A stretch of 64,000 bases of DNA from an uncultured Holophagales bacterium. Lineage in GTDB: Bacteria; Acidobacteriota; Thermoanaerobaculia; Multivoradales; UBA5704. Positions 1 through 8,500 of this stretch are shown in pieces; the first letter of the stretch is position 1; each line of letters begins with the position of its first letter. The notes under the pieces are model-generated. The model was not told the DNA's origin. It made no database searches and saw nothing but the letters and a program-made list of their open reading frames with translations. A program made the position numbers and the translations under genes. The DNA is taken from positions 384,001-448,000 of the forward strand of contig CAWJGT010000034.1 of the NCBI GenBank assembly GCA_963842525.1, given 5' to 3'.

Positions 1-1467
1 GACCGTCTCGAGGGTCTGACGGCGCTGCTCCTCGGGGCTCATCGGCGGCAGGCTATGGCACTCGCCGGCGGGAATCGACAACAGGAAGGCGAGCAGCGGC
101 ACGGCCTGCGGGAGGTCGGGGACCAGGCGCGCCGCCTCCTGCTCCAGGCGAGCGAGCCGGTCCTGCGGCGGCTCGTTGCGGTCGGCGGCGAGCCAGCGCT
201 GCAGCAGCTCGCGGATCGGGTGCAAGGCGCTGTGGCGGTGGTACGGCGAGCCGTGGGCCTCCAGCCAGTCCGCGGCGCCGGCAGTCACCCGCTGCCGCAG
301 CTCCCAGACCAGGCGCGACTTGCCCAGGCCCGCCTCGCCCGCGAGCAGGACCACCTGCCCCGCGCCCTCCCGGGCCACGGCCCAGCGTTCCAGCAGCAGG
401 CCCAGCTCCTGCTCGCGCCCCACCAGCGGAGTCAGGGAGACGGAAGCCTCGATCCGGGTCTGGGCCCCGCTTTCGGCCAGGACTCGCCAGGCGCGCAGCG
501 GCGGGTCACCCCCCGGCAGCGAGACCGGCACCAGCTCTTCGCACTCGAAGTACCCCGCGATCAACCGGTGTGTCGCCGAGCTGACCAGCACCTTGCCGGG
601 CGCGGCCAGGCTCTGGACCAGGAATGCCACCTCCGGGGCCTCGGTCAGGGTCACGTCGCCGTTCGCGGCGCCCTCGCCTGCGGCGGTGATCATCGGGCCG
701 GTGTGGATGCCAATCCGCAGTGTCCAGGCCCCGGGTCGCGCCGGGAGCTGTCTGGCCCGGGTGACGATTTCCAGGGCTGCGCGAAGCGCCCGGTGCGCGT
801 CGTCCTCGTGCGCGAGGGGATAGCCGAACCAGGCCACCCAGCCGCGGCCTCGCCTACGGCCGAGGCGCCCTTCGAAACGATCCACGACCTCGGCCAGGAG
901 ATTTTGCAGGGCCGGCATCTCCGCGAGCAGGTCCTCGGGATCGAGCGGAGCGTCTCCTGCCTCGGCGAGACTGCAGCTCAGCGCCGTCGCCTGCCGGCGC
1001 TCCGCCGCCCGCTGGAGTGAGGGTGCCTCAGCGGCGTCCATGCCGCCCGTGCGGTCTTCGAGCGGGTAGGAGCCGATCCTGGCTGGCTCCTCCCCAGGCG
1101 CTTCGGTCGCCTTCTCCGCCGGCACGGCCGGAGCGAGCAGGCGGTATCCCCGCTTGGGAATGGTCTGGACATAGCGCGGCTCCCGGGCGTCGTCTCCCAA
1201 GGCCTTGCGGAGGCTGTGGATCGCCTGGGAGAGCACACCTTCCTCGACGAACGCGCTGCCCCAGACGGCCGCCAGCAGCTCGTCCTTGGAGACCACTCTC
1301 CCCTCCTGGACCGCCAGATAGATGAGCACATCCATGACCCGCGGCTCAAGCCGGACCGACTTGCGGTCCGAGCACAGCGTGCCTTCCGCCTGGCGAACCA
1401 ACCACTCGCCGAGCCGGAACCCGCCGATCCGCGGAAAGCGTGTGGCTGGCTCTTGCGACTCGCTCAT
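1..1467 (-). CDS. CadC/OmpR-type winged-helix regulator fused to a degenerate class III nucleotide cyclase and a P-loop (AAA_16/STAND-like) ATPase; 3' end runs off the window
   Basis: Not in the ORF track because it has no stop in the window. Manual translation from ATG 1467: MSESQEP...LEPRVMDVLIYLAVQEGRVVSKDELLAAVWG...LSQAIHSLRKALGDDAREPRYVQTIPKRGYRL (wHTH); ERRQAT..., FGYPLAHEDDAHRA, LRIGIHTG (cyclase fold); LVGREQEL...GEAGLGKSRL (Walker A). Confidence 0.9.
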   Translation of the reverse strand, partial: MSESQEPATRFPRIGGFRLGEWLVRQAEGTLCSDRKSVRLEPRVMDVLIYLAVQEGRVVSKDELLAAVWGSAFVEEGVLSQAIHSLRKALGDDAREPRYVQTIPKRGYRLLAPAVPAEKATEAPGEEPARIGSYPLEDRTGGMDAAEAPSLQRAAERRQATALSCSLAEAGDAPLDPEDLLAEMPALQNLLAEVVDRFEGRLGRRRGRGWVAWFGYPLAHEDDAHRALRAALEIVTRARQLPARPGAWTLRIGIHTGPMITAAGEGAANGDVTLTEAPEVAFLVQSLAAPGKVLVSSATHRLIAGYFECEELVPVSLPGGDPPLRAWRVLAESGAQTRIEASVSLTPLVGREQELGLLLERWAVAREGAGQVVLLAGEAGLGKSRLVWELRQRVTAGAADWLEAHGSPYHRHSALHPIRELLQRWLAADRNEPPQDRLARLEQEAARLVPDLPQAVPLLAFLLSIPAGECHSLPPMSPEEQRRQTLETV

Positions 1468-1523
1468 GGTGAAGGAGTGGCCCCGAAAGACAGAGGACGC
1501 GCTCCTTCAATTCTACGCTCCTC

Positions 1524-1592
1524 TCCTGAGGTTCTTCCTGAGAGTTTCCTAAGATTTCCCAAAAGACGTGCAGTGCCTCGCCGGACCAGACT
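1524..1592 (+). promoter_or_regulatory. Direct-repeat boxes (TCCT(G/A)AG, 10-12 bp spacing) next to a putative -35 AAGACG / 18 bp / -10 CAGACT; copy 1, upstream of the TIR gene
   Basis: TCCTGAG at 1524 and 1536, TCCTAAG at 1547, TCCCAAA at 1557; near-identical copy at 2965-3021. Confidence 0.7.
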
Positions 1593-1647
1593 ATGACAGA
1601 CGGCTTCCGCACACCTTCCAGGTCCGTCCGCCGTCGAGGAGAAAACA

Positions 1648-2943
1648 ATGAACGCGACACCTGCCAGACAAGCGGAGAGATCCGCGAATATCTTCATCAG
1701 CTATCGCCGCGAGGACAGCGGGGGCCATGCCGGGCGGCTTTTCGATGGCCTCAGCGATCACTTCTCCGGCCGGCTCTTCATGGACGTCGACACCCTCGAG
1801 CCAGGCGTCGATTTCGTCGAGGCGATCGAGAAGGCCGTCGGCTTCTGCGAAGTGCTGATCGTAGTCATCGGCCGCGAGTGGCTGACTCTGACGGATGCGA
1901 GCGGGCGCCGGCGCCTCGACAACCCGGGGGATTTCGTACGCCTGGAAGTCGAGCACGCCCTGGCGCGCAACATCCGGGTCATTCCCGTCCTGGTCGAGGA
2001 CGCGCCGATGCCGCGCGGCGAGGAGCTGCCGCCTTCGCTCGCCCGGCTGGCGCGACGCAACGCCATCGAGCTCAGCGATGCCCGCTGGGCCTACGACGTG
2101 GACCGCCTCGCGCAGGCGATCCGCGACGTCCTGGGCGAGGAGGGTGCCCCGGCGCCGCAGCCGGCCCCTGGAAAGCGGCGGGACACACCACCCCAGGCGC
2201 CGCCTGCAAGCATCGCGCGGCCCAGACCGCGACGGCTCGTCCTCGCCTCCGTCGCGCTGCTGTCGATGACCGCGCTGGCGACCGGGGGATGGATCGGAGG
2301 GAAGGCCCTGCAAGGCGATTCGCCCGCGGAGGTCCCCACGGCCGGCCGCGGCGGCAGCGACCCTCCACCCACACCGGTCGTTCCCGGCCCGGGCCCCGAG
2401 AGCGGCGAGGCGATCGGGGTTGCCGCCCGCGGCCAGACCGCGGAGCCTCCTTCCAGCCCTTGGCCTGCCGACAGGACCCGGCAGCGGTCCACCGCCAAGG
2501 CTGCGCGATTCCGAGCCGCCCGTGGCGAATTCCCTTCCGGAAGAGGCCTTGCCGACGGCGCAGGCCATGATCACCTCGCCGCGGGACGGCGACAAAGTGG
2601 GCAAGTCCATCACGGTCGAAGGCGTCCTCTCCGGGCTCGCCGACGGCCAGAGGGCATTCCTCTGCGTGCAGCCGCTCCAGGGCCCGATCTATCCTCAAGG
2701 GGAGCTGTTCCCCGAGGCCGACGGTCGATGGTCTCTGCGTGCGGACAGCTCGGACAGGGACTATCAGACCTTCGTCGTGCTCTCGACCAGTGCGGAGGCG
2801 GCAGAGGCGCTGCACGCGCGTGCCAGCCTCGGCAGTCTGCCCGAGGGGGCCTCCATCCTGGGCCTGTCGTCACGCTCGACCGACAGGGGAAGCTCGCCAA
2901 TCTCCGGGAGAGGTGGAAACGCCGCCAGGATTCGAGCCGTTGA
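1648..2943 (+). CDS. TIR_2-domain membrane protein (TIR - Pro-rich linker - TM - extracellular Ig-like domain); two compensating frameshifts
   Basis: IFISYRREDS...FMDVDTLEPGVDF...DFVRLEVEHAL...VIPVLV is a typical TIR; TM LVLASVALLSMTALATGGWIG; the C-terminal domain (ITSPRDGDKV...ITVEG...IYPQG) is in the frame of ORF 2420..3196 and returns to the first frame near 2860 (ASILG/PVVTLDR). Confidence 0.85.
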   Translation: MNATPARQAERSANIFISYRREDSGGHAGRLFDGLSDHFSGRLFMDVDTLEPGVDFVEAIEKAVGFCEVLIVVIGREWLTLTDASGRRRLDNPGDFVRLEVEHALARNIRVIPVLVEDAPMPRGEELPPSLARLARRNAIELSDARWAYDVDRLAQAIRDVLGEEGAPAPQPAPGKRRDTPPQAPPASIARPRPRRLVLASVALLSMTALATGGWIGGKALQGDSPAEVPTAGRGGSDPPPTPVVPGPGPESGEAIGVAARGQTAEPPSSPWPADRTRQRSTAKAARFRAARGEFPSGRGLADGAGHDHLAAGRRQSGQVHHGRRRPLRARRRPEGIPLRAAAPGPDLSSRGAVPRGRRSMVSACGQLGQGLSDLRRALDQCGGGRGAARACQPRQSARGGLHPGPVVTLDRQGKLANLRERWKRRQDSSR

Positions 2944-2964
2944 TGCGCGCGGACAGGAGGACTT

Positions 2965-3021
2965 TCCTGAGATTTTCCTAAGGTTTCCTCAAAGACGCGC
3001 AGTGCCCCGCCGGGCCAGGCT
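2965..3021 (+). promoter_or_regulatory. Copy 2 of the direct-repeat promoter element, upstream of the ECF sigma gene
   Basis: ttcctgagattttcctaaggtttcctcaaagacgcgcagtgccccgccgggccaggct aligns without gaps to 1535-1592. Confidence 0.7.
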
Positions 3022-3075
3022 CCATGCAGAGACCGGGTTGCGGCCCTGCATCCCGGCCCCCTCTGGAGGTCCGAG

Positions 3076-3471
3076 ATGGTGGCTGAGCCCACGAAATCTG
3101 CGAACCGATCCGTCGACGAGGCACGGCAGGCGGCGCGGGGGCGGGCGCTCTTCGAAAACCATTTCGACCTCATTCAGCAGAGACTCCGGCAATTGAGCCG
3201 CCGCAGCGGCCTGCCCGACCGCGAAGCGGAGGCGCTCTGCTCCTGGGCCCTGTTGCGGCTCGTCGAGAACGATTATCGAGCGCTGGCGAAGTGGGAGGGC
3301 CGGAGCTCCTTCTCCACCTATCTCACCGTCGTTCTCGTCAGCCTGATGCTGGACTACCGGCGTTCACGCTTGGGGCCTACAGCTTCGGATGCCGCAGATG
3401 GAATCCGGTCGCGTCCTGGTAGGCCCTGGCCAGCGCCAGGACCTCCCCTTCTCCGAAAAGCCGGCCCATGA
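3076..3471 (+). pseudogene. ECF-type sigma-70 factor, region 2 only (truncated)
   Basis: LFENHFDLIQ...LLRLVENDYRALAKWEGRSSFSTYLTVVLVSLMLDYRR resembles sigma region 2; similarity ends where the convergent amidase gene ends (3377); no region 4. Confidence 0.7.
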
Positions 3472-5083
3472 ACGTGATGCTGGTCGGGGTCCCGTCCTTC
3501 CGGAAGCCGTTTGGTAGGACCACGGCCGGATGGCCTGTCAGGTTGGTCAACAGCAGGTTGCCGCCGCCATAGCTGGGCGAGACGTAGGCGTCGAAGTCGG
3601 CCATCAGCTTCGCCATCTCGCGCATGGCCACGGTCCGGATGCGGTTGGCCGCCAGGTAGGCCACGGCCGGGATGGTCTGGCCCTGGCGGAAGACGTTGGG
3701 CCAGGCCTGCTCGATCTGGCGGACCAGCAGGTCGTCCTTGCCGCTGCGGGTCAGCTCGTCGAAGGCGTCGCGGCCTCGACGCTCGAGGATGATCCCCAGG
3801 GCGTCGATCGGCAGGTCGGGCAGCTCGATCGGGCGGAGATCGATCCCCAGCTTGCGCAGGTCTTCGAGGGTCTGCAGGTCGAAGGCGTGCCACTCTTCGC
3901 GGCCTTCCTGCGGCTTGGCCTCGAAGGTCGACTTGAAGTAGCCGACGCGGAGCTTGCGCACGTCCAGGTCGGGGTCCCAGCGGAACGGCGCATCGATCAC
4001 CGTGTTGTCCTTGCCGTCCGGACCGTGGATCGCCTGGAAGACCAGGGCGCAGTCCTCGACGCTGCGGCAGATCGGGCCGAGCTTGTCCATGGTCCAGCAC
4101 AGGGCCATGGCGCCGTGGCGGCTGACCCGGCCGAAGGTGGGACGCAGCCCGGTCGCGCCGTTCCGGGTGCAGGGGGAGACGATGGAGCCCAGCGTCTCGC
4201 TGCCGATGGTGAAGCCGACTGCTCCCGCGGCCGTCGTCGAGGCCGAGCCGGCCGACGAGCCGCTCGAGCCCTGCTCGAGGTTCCAGGGGTTACGCGTCAT
4301 GCCGCCGAACCAGACATCGCCCCAGGCGAGCTCGCCCAGGGTGAGCTTGGCGACCAGCACCGCCCCGGCCTGTTCCAGGCGCTCGACGACGGTCGCGTCC
4401 ATGTCGATCACCTGGTCCTTGAACAGCACCGAGCCCCAGGTGGTCTTGTAGCCGCGAGCGGCGAGCAGGTCCTTGGCACCCCACGGGATGCCGTGGAGCG
4501 GTCCGCGATACTTGCCGGCCGCGACCTCCCGGTCCGCCCTCTCCGCCTGCTGGAGCGCCAGCTCCTCGGTGTAGGTGATCACGGCGAGCAGCTTCGGATC
4601 GAGGCGCTTCAGCCGCGCCAGGTACATCTGCGTGAGGTCGACCGAACGGATCTTGCCGGCCCGGACGAGCGGCGCGAGTCGGGTCACCGGCCAGAAAGCC
4701 ACGTCTTCCAGAGACGCCGGGGCGGCAAGCGGCTCCTTCGGCTCGCTCATCCGGACGCCGCTCGGGCCGCCGAGCTTCGTGCCGGGCAACACCGGATCGA
4801 AACGGAGCGCCGGCGGCACGCTGTTGTCCAGATGGAAGGCCCGGATCTTTTCGTAGTCCTGCTTCTGCTCGTCGAGCCCCTTGAGCATCAGGTCGCGCTC
4901 GGCAGGGGTGAATTCGAGGCCGGCGACCTTCTCGGCCTCGGCAAGGCTCTGGGCGGAAACGCCGGGCGCCTTCTCGTCCGCGGTGAGAACGGCAGGCAGG
5001 GCGCCGCCGGCCGCCACGGCAATGGTGAGAAACCGCCGGCGGTCGAGGCTGGGCAGAGCAGGGCGATCGATGGGCTCGGACAT
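3377..5083 (-). CDS. Amidase-signature family enzyme with Tat signal
   Basis: LDRRRFL Tat motif; GPLHGIPWGAKDL, GSSGSSAGS, GSETLGSIVSP; small compensating indel near 3780. Confidence 0.92.
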   Translation of the reverse strand: MSEPIDRPALPSLDRRRFLTIAVAAGGALPAVLTADEKAPGVSAQSLAEAEKVAGLEFTPAERDLMLKGLDEQKQDYEKIRAFHLDNSVPPALRFDPVLPGTKLGGPSGVRMSEPKEPLAAPASLEDVAFWPVTRLAPLVRAGKIRSVDLTQMYLARLKRLDPKLLAVITYTEELALQQAERADREVAAGKYRGPLHGIPWGAKDLLAARGYKTTWGSVLFKDQVIDMDATVVERLEQAGAVLVAKLTLGELAWGDVWFGGMTRNPWNLEQGSSGSSAGSASTTAAGAVGFTIGSETLGSIVSPCTRNGATGLRPTFGRVSRHGAMALCWTMDKLGPICRSVEDCALVFQAIHGPDGKDNTVIDAPFRWDPDLDVRKLRVGYFKSTFEAKPQEGREEWHAFDLQTLEDLRKLGIDLRPIELPDLPIDALGIILERRGRDAFDELTRSGKDDLLVRQIEQAWPNVFRQGQTIPAVAYLAANRIRTVAMREMAKLMADFDAYVSPSYGGGNLLLTNLTGHPAVVLPNGFRKDGTPTSITFMGRLFGEGEVLALARAYQDATGFHLRHPKL

Positions 5084-5200
5084 CGGACCTCCTGGAAAGG
5101 ACGAGACCGCCGGATTCTACTCCGGACGTGAAACCTTTCGCGCCCCTGCTTCGTCTGGTTGGACAAGCAGGCGCCATCGGGTGCCCCAGGAGGAGACGAA

Positions 5201-5769
5201 ATGAACGGCAAGAAAGCCCTTGTGATCTCACTGCTCGCGGTCAGCCTGACGGCGGCGCGAGCTTCCGCGGAAGACCTCTATCTCCATGTGAAGGTCCACG
5301 ATGCGAAAGAGGACAGCCATGTGAACATCAACCTCCCGCTCTCGGTGGTCGAGAAGTCGTCGGCCTTCATCCCGTCCGAAGCCCGCTCGTCCGGCAAGAT
5401 CCGGATCGACGACGAGGACATGAGCGTCGCCGAGATGCGCGAATGTGGGCCGAGCTCCAGAAGCATCCGGATGCGACCTGGATCAGCGTCGACGAGCCGG
5501 ACTCCAAGGTCCGCGTCTCCAAGCGAGGCAAATACCTGCACATCCTCGCGCAGGACCGGAAGGGGGGATCCGGTCGAGGTGAGGACGTGGAGATCAAGAT
5601 CCCGGCGTCCGTCGTGGCGGCAATGCTGTCGTCGACCAAGGGCAATGAATTCGATATCGCCGGGGCCATCCGCGCGCTGGCCCGCGAGGGCGAGGGCGAG
5701 TTGGTGACCGTCACCGGCGAGGACGAGACCGTCCGCATCTGGATCGACGCTCGGTCCGAGAGCAGGTAA
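5201..5769 (+). CDS. Secreted hypothetical protein (frameshift near 5445)
   Basis: RBS GGAGGAG; signal peptide MNGKKALVISLLAVSLTAARASA; N-half in ORF 5159..5707, C-half (MWAELQKHPD...VRIWID) in ORF 5128..5769. Confidence 0.75.
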
Positions 5770-5781
5770 AAGGAGATCGCC

Positions 5782-6234
5782 ATGTCACGCGGCGCCAAGA
5801 TCCTCACCGCGATCGCAGCAGCGTTCGCGATCCTCTTCCTCGGGTCCGGCCTGCTGGTCGCGGGCACGATCGCCGCGACCGGCTTGGTCACGGTCAATGT
5901 GCACGACAAGGCCGAGGGCACTCACATCTATCTGCCGGTCCCGGCCATGGCTGTCTACCTGGGCATGGACCTGCTCCCGCTGGTCATGGACGACTCCGAC
6001 CTGGCCGAGATGCGCCGGGACATCGGCGACTGGGGCCCCTTCATGGCCGCCACGCTGCAAGGCCTCGCGGACTGCCCCGACGGAGTTCTGGTCGACGTCC
6101 GCGACGGTGACGAGACGGTCCGTATCGTCAAGGAAGGCCGGTCCTTCGAGATCCGTGTCCGCAACCGCGACGAGTCGGTCGACATCTCGGTGCCCGCGCG
6201 GGTGCTCTCGAAGGTCGCGCGGTTCGTGGCCTGA
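5782..6234 (+). CDS. Membrane-anchored hypothetical protein, distantly similar to the upstream gene
   Basis: AAGGAG RBS; N-terminal TM; shares VxVHD...xLP and DETVRI motifs with 5201..5769. Confidence 0.8.
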   Translation: MSRGAKILTAIAAAFAILFLGSGLLVAGTIAATGLVTVNVHDKAEGTHIYLPVPAMAVYLGMDLLPLVMDDSDLAEMRRDIGDWGPFMAATLQGLADCPDGVLVDVRDGDETVRIVKEGRSFEIRVRNRDESVDISVPARVLSKVARFVA

Positions 6235-6235
6235 A

Positions 6236-6289
6236 CCTCACCCCCTACCCCCCTCTCTCGTCGTGCTCCCGCCGACCGGGAGAGGGGGA
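6236..6289 (+). repeat. REP-like palindromic element (CCTCACCCCC...CCCTCTC...GGGAGAGGGGG family)
   Basis: Same family at 10195-10250 and 26709-26861. Confidence 0.75.
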
Positions 6290-6430
6290 CGTCGTTGAGG
6301 TAGCCTGCGCGAGGTCGTCGCTGCCCCGCCGTGTCATCCTGAGCGAAGCAACCTCTCTGCCCGCAAAGCCATATTCCACGTGCGCTTGCCGTCGTCGACG
6401 CTCGCATGCTGCCGTCGAAGCCGATATCCA

Positions 6431-6610
6431 AGGTTTTTAAGACCTACACCCGACTTTTGAGGCTTATCCCGAACTTTCCAGGCCAACGCCAGACTTTTAA
6501 GGCCAGCACTCGATTTTTCAGGCTGACGCCGGACTTTTAAGGCCTTCGCCAGACTTTTAAGGCTTACACCGAATTTTTGAGGCCTATCCCCGACTTTTCA
6601 GGCTCGCCCG
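6431..6610. repeat. Tandem array of nine degenerate 20-bp units (nGACTTTTnAGGCynnnnCC)
   Basis: Units at exact 20-bp register, e.g. cgacttttgaggcttatccc, agacttttaaggccagcact, ggacttttaaggccttcgcc. Confidence 0.9.
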
Positions 6611-7835
6611 CGGCGGCTCGACTTACTGCCGGTTCGGGCTTCACCACCATCGCCGCAATCCGTCGTCCAATCGCGATCGAGGCGGTGGCGCCGGGCGATG
6701 GGGCGTTGAGGACGTGGATGGCCCGTTCGCTCTGGGCGATGCGGAAATCGTCCACCAGCCTCCCCTGCCGGTCGAGCGCCTGGGCTCTCACGCCGCTGCC
6801 GGCGCGCTGGACGTCCTCGTCGCGGATCGCCGGGACGAGCCTCTGCAGGTCCTTCACGAAGGCCTCCTTGACCAGCGAGCGCCAGACTTCGTAGGCGGCA
6901 GTCTGCCAGAACCGGGCGGCCAGCCGCCAGAGGCCCGGCCAGGCGGCGGATTCGAGGGCATCGCGCAGGGAGATGTCCCGCCAGCGGTAGCCCTCGCGCT
7001 TGAGGGCCAGCACGGCGTTGGGCCCCGCCTCGACCGAGCCGTCCACCCTGCGCGTCAGGTGGACGCCGAGGAAGGGGAAGCGCGGGTCGGGCACCGGGTA
7101 GATGAGGCCTCGCACGAGGTCCCTTTTCTCCGCTGCCAAGTCGTAGTACTCGCCGCGGAAGGGGACGATCCGCACGTCCACCGCGGCGCCGCAGAGGCGC
7201 GCGATGCGGTCGGACTGGAGGCCGGCGCAGTTGACCAGGAGCGAGCAGGCGACCGGCCCCTGCCGGGTCTCGACCACGAGTCCGTTGCCATCGCGGCGGA
7301 CCGCGGTCACCCGGGCGTTGGTCAGGACCCGGCCGCCGCGCTTCTCGATCCGGCGGCCATAGGCACGGGCCACGGCCTTGTAGTCTACGATGCCGGTTTC
7401 GGGCACGAGCAACGCCGCAATGCCGGCGGCGTGCGGCTCGATATCCTTGATTTCGTCGGCGCGCAGCCTGCGCAGGCCCTGGAGGCCGTTTTCCCGGCCG
7501 CGCCGTTCGAGCTCGTCGAGCCGCGGCAACTCCTCGGGGTCGAGAGCCACGACCAGTTTGCCGCAGCGCTCGTGGGCGATTCCCTCTTCGGCGCAGAGCC
7601 GGTAGAGGGCGCGAGCCCCTTCTACACAGAGCTGCGCCTTGAGCGAGCCCGGCTTGTAGTAGAGGCCGGAGTGGATGACGCCGCTGTTGTGGCCGCTCTG
7701 GTGGACGGCGAGGCGGTCTTCGGCTTCCAGGACCAGGACGGACCGGCCGGCCTCGGCCAGCGCCATGGCCGTGGCCGCACCCACCAGGCCGCCGCCGACC
7801 ACGGCCACCTCGCACCGGAGGTCCGCGGAGGTCAG
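6564..7835 (-). CDS. lhgO: L-2-hydroxyglutarate oxidase
   Basis: VAVVGGGLVG, HQSGHNSGVIHSGLYYKPGSLKA, IVPFRGEYY, PVPDPRFPFLGVH, GVRAQA, NAPSPGATAS; exact start uncertain, placed at the pdxH stop overlap. Confidence 0.9.
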   Translation of the reverse strand: MTSADLRCEVAVVGGGLVGAATAMALAEAGRSVLVLEAEDRLAVHQSGHNSGVIHSGLYYKPGSLKAQLCVEGARALYRLCAEEGIAHERCGKLVVALDPEELPRLDELERRGRENGLQGLRRLRADEIKDIEPHAAGIAALLVPETGIVDYKAVARAYGRRIEKRGGRVLTNARVTAVRRDGNGLVVETRQGPVACSLLVNCAGLQSDRIARLCGAAVDVRIVPFRGEYYDLAAEKRDLVRGLIYPVPDPRFPFLGVHLTRRVDGSVEAGPNAVLALKREGYRWRDISLRDALESAAWPGLWRLAARFWQTAAYEVWRSLVKEAFVKDLQRLVPAIRDEDVQRAGSGVRAQALDRQGRLVDDFRIAQSERAIHVLNAPSPGATASIAIGRRIAAMVVKPEPAVSRAAAGEPEKSGIGLKNSV

Positions 7836-8482
7836 GGCGACAACCTCTCGACGATCCAGGCTCCATCCGACGCTTCGTCCGGCAGCCGCCGGTAACGCAG
7901 TCGGTCGTGCAGGCGGTCGGGCCGCCCCTGCCAGAACTCGACTCTCTCGGGGCGGAGCCGGAAGCCTCCCCAGCTCTCGGGGAGCGGCACCTCGGCGCCT
8001 TCGAAGCGCTGGGCGACCTCCCCCACCGCCAGCTCGAGGAACTCTCGGCTCGCGATCACGCCACTCTGCCGCGAGGCCCAGGCGCCTACCTGGGCGCCGC
8101 GCGGCCGGGACCGGAAGTAGGCCTCGGACTCCTCGCGCGAGGTCCTCTCCACAGTGCCTTCGACCCGCACCTGGCGGTCGAATGCCGACCAGTAGAAGAC
8201 CAGGGCCGCACGCGGGTTTTCGGCCAGCTCTCGCGCCTTGCGGCTCTCGTAGCTCGTGTAGAAGACGAGTCCCCGCGCGTCGCACCCCTTGAGGAGGACC
8301 ACACGCGCCGAAGGCCGTCCCTCACGGTCGGCGGTCGCCAGGACCATGGAGGTCCAGTCGTGGGGATCGGCAGCGGCCGCCTCGGCCAGCCAGAGCTGGA
8401 GCTGCTCGATGGGATCGGCGGCGAGGTCGCGCTCGTCGAGCCCGCTCCTGGCGTACTCCCGGCGCACGTCGGCGATGTCCAT
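7832..8482 (-). CDS. pdxH: Pyridoxamine 5'-phosphate oxidase
   Basis: PSARVVLLK, FYTSYESRK, RQVRVEG, YFRSRP, WGGFRL, EFWQGRPDRLHDR. Confidence 0.96.
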   Translation of the reverse strand: MDIADVRREYARSGLDERDLAADPIEQLQLWLAEAAAADPHDWTSMVLATADREGRPSARVVLLKGCDARGLVFYTSYESRKARELAENPRAALVFYWSAFDRQVRVEGTVERTSREESEAYFRSRPRGAQVGAWASRQSGVIASREFLELAVGEVAQRFEGAEVPLPESWGGFRLRPERVEFWQGRPDRLHDRLRYRRLPDEASDGAWIVERLSP

Positions 8483-8500
8483 GAGTCGTCGGGCCCCTGC

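Noticed and set aside
55-1020. Plus-strand 321-aa ORF and similar long antisense ORFs (3530..5131, 23179..25731, 51897..54011, 59384..61300)
   Set aside because: Shadow ORFs opposite clearly recognisable genes
6332-6349. Complete TGTCATCCTGAGCGAAGC palindromic repeat
   Set aside because: Only one arm is present; treated as a remnant
6431-6610. CRISPR array
   Set aside because: 20-bp unit with a ~12-bp degenerate core and ~8-bp variable part is far too short; no cas genes in the window
7836-8285. N-terminal extension of lhgO (573-aa ORF)
   Set aside because: Overlaps pdxH out of frame; the FAD-binding motif starts near 7800
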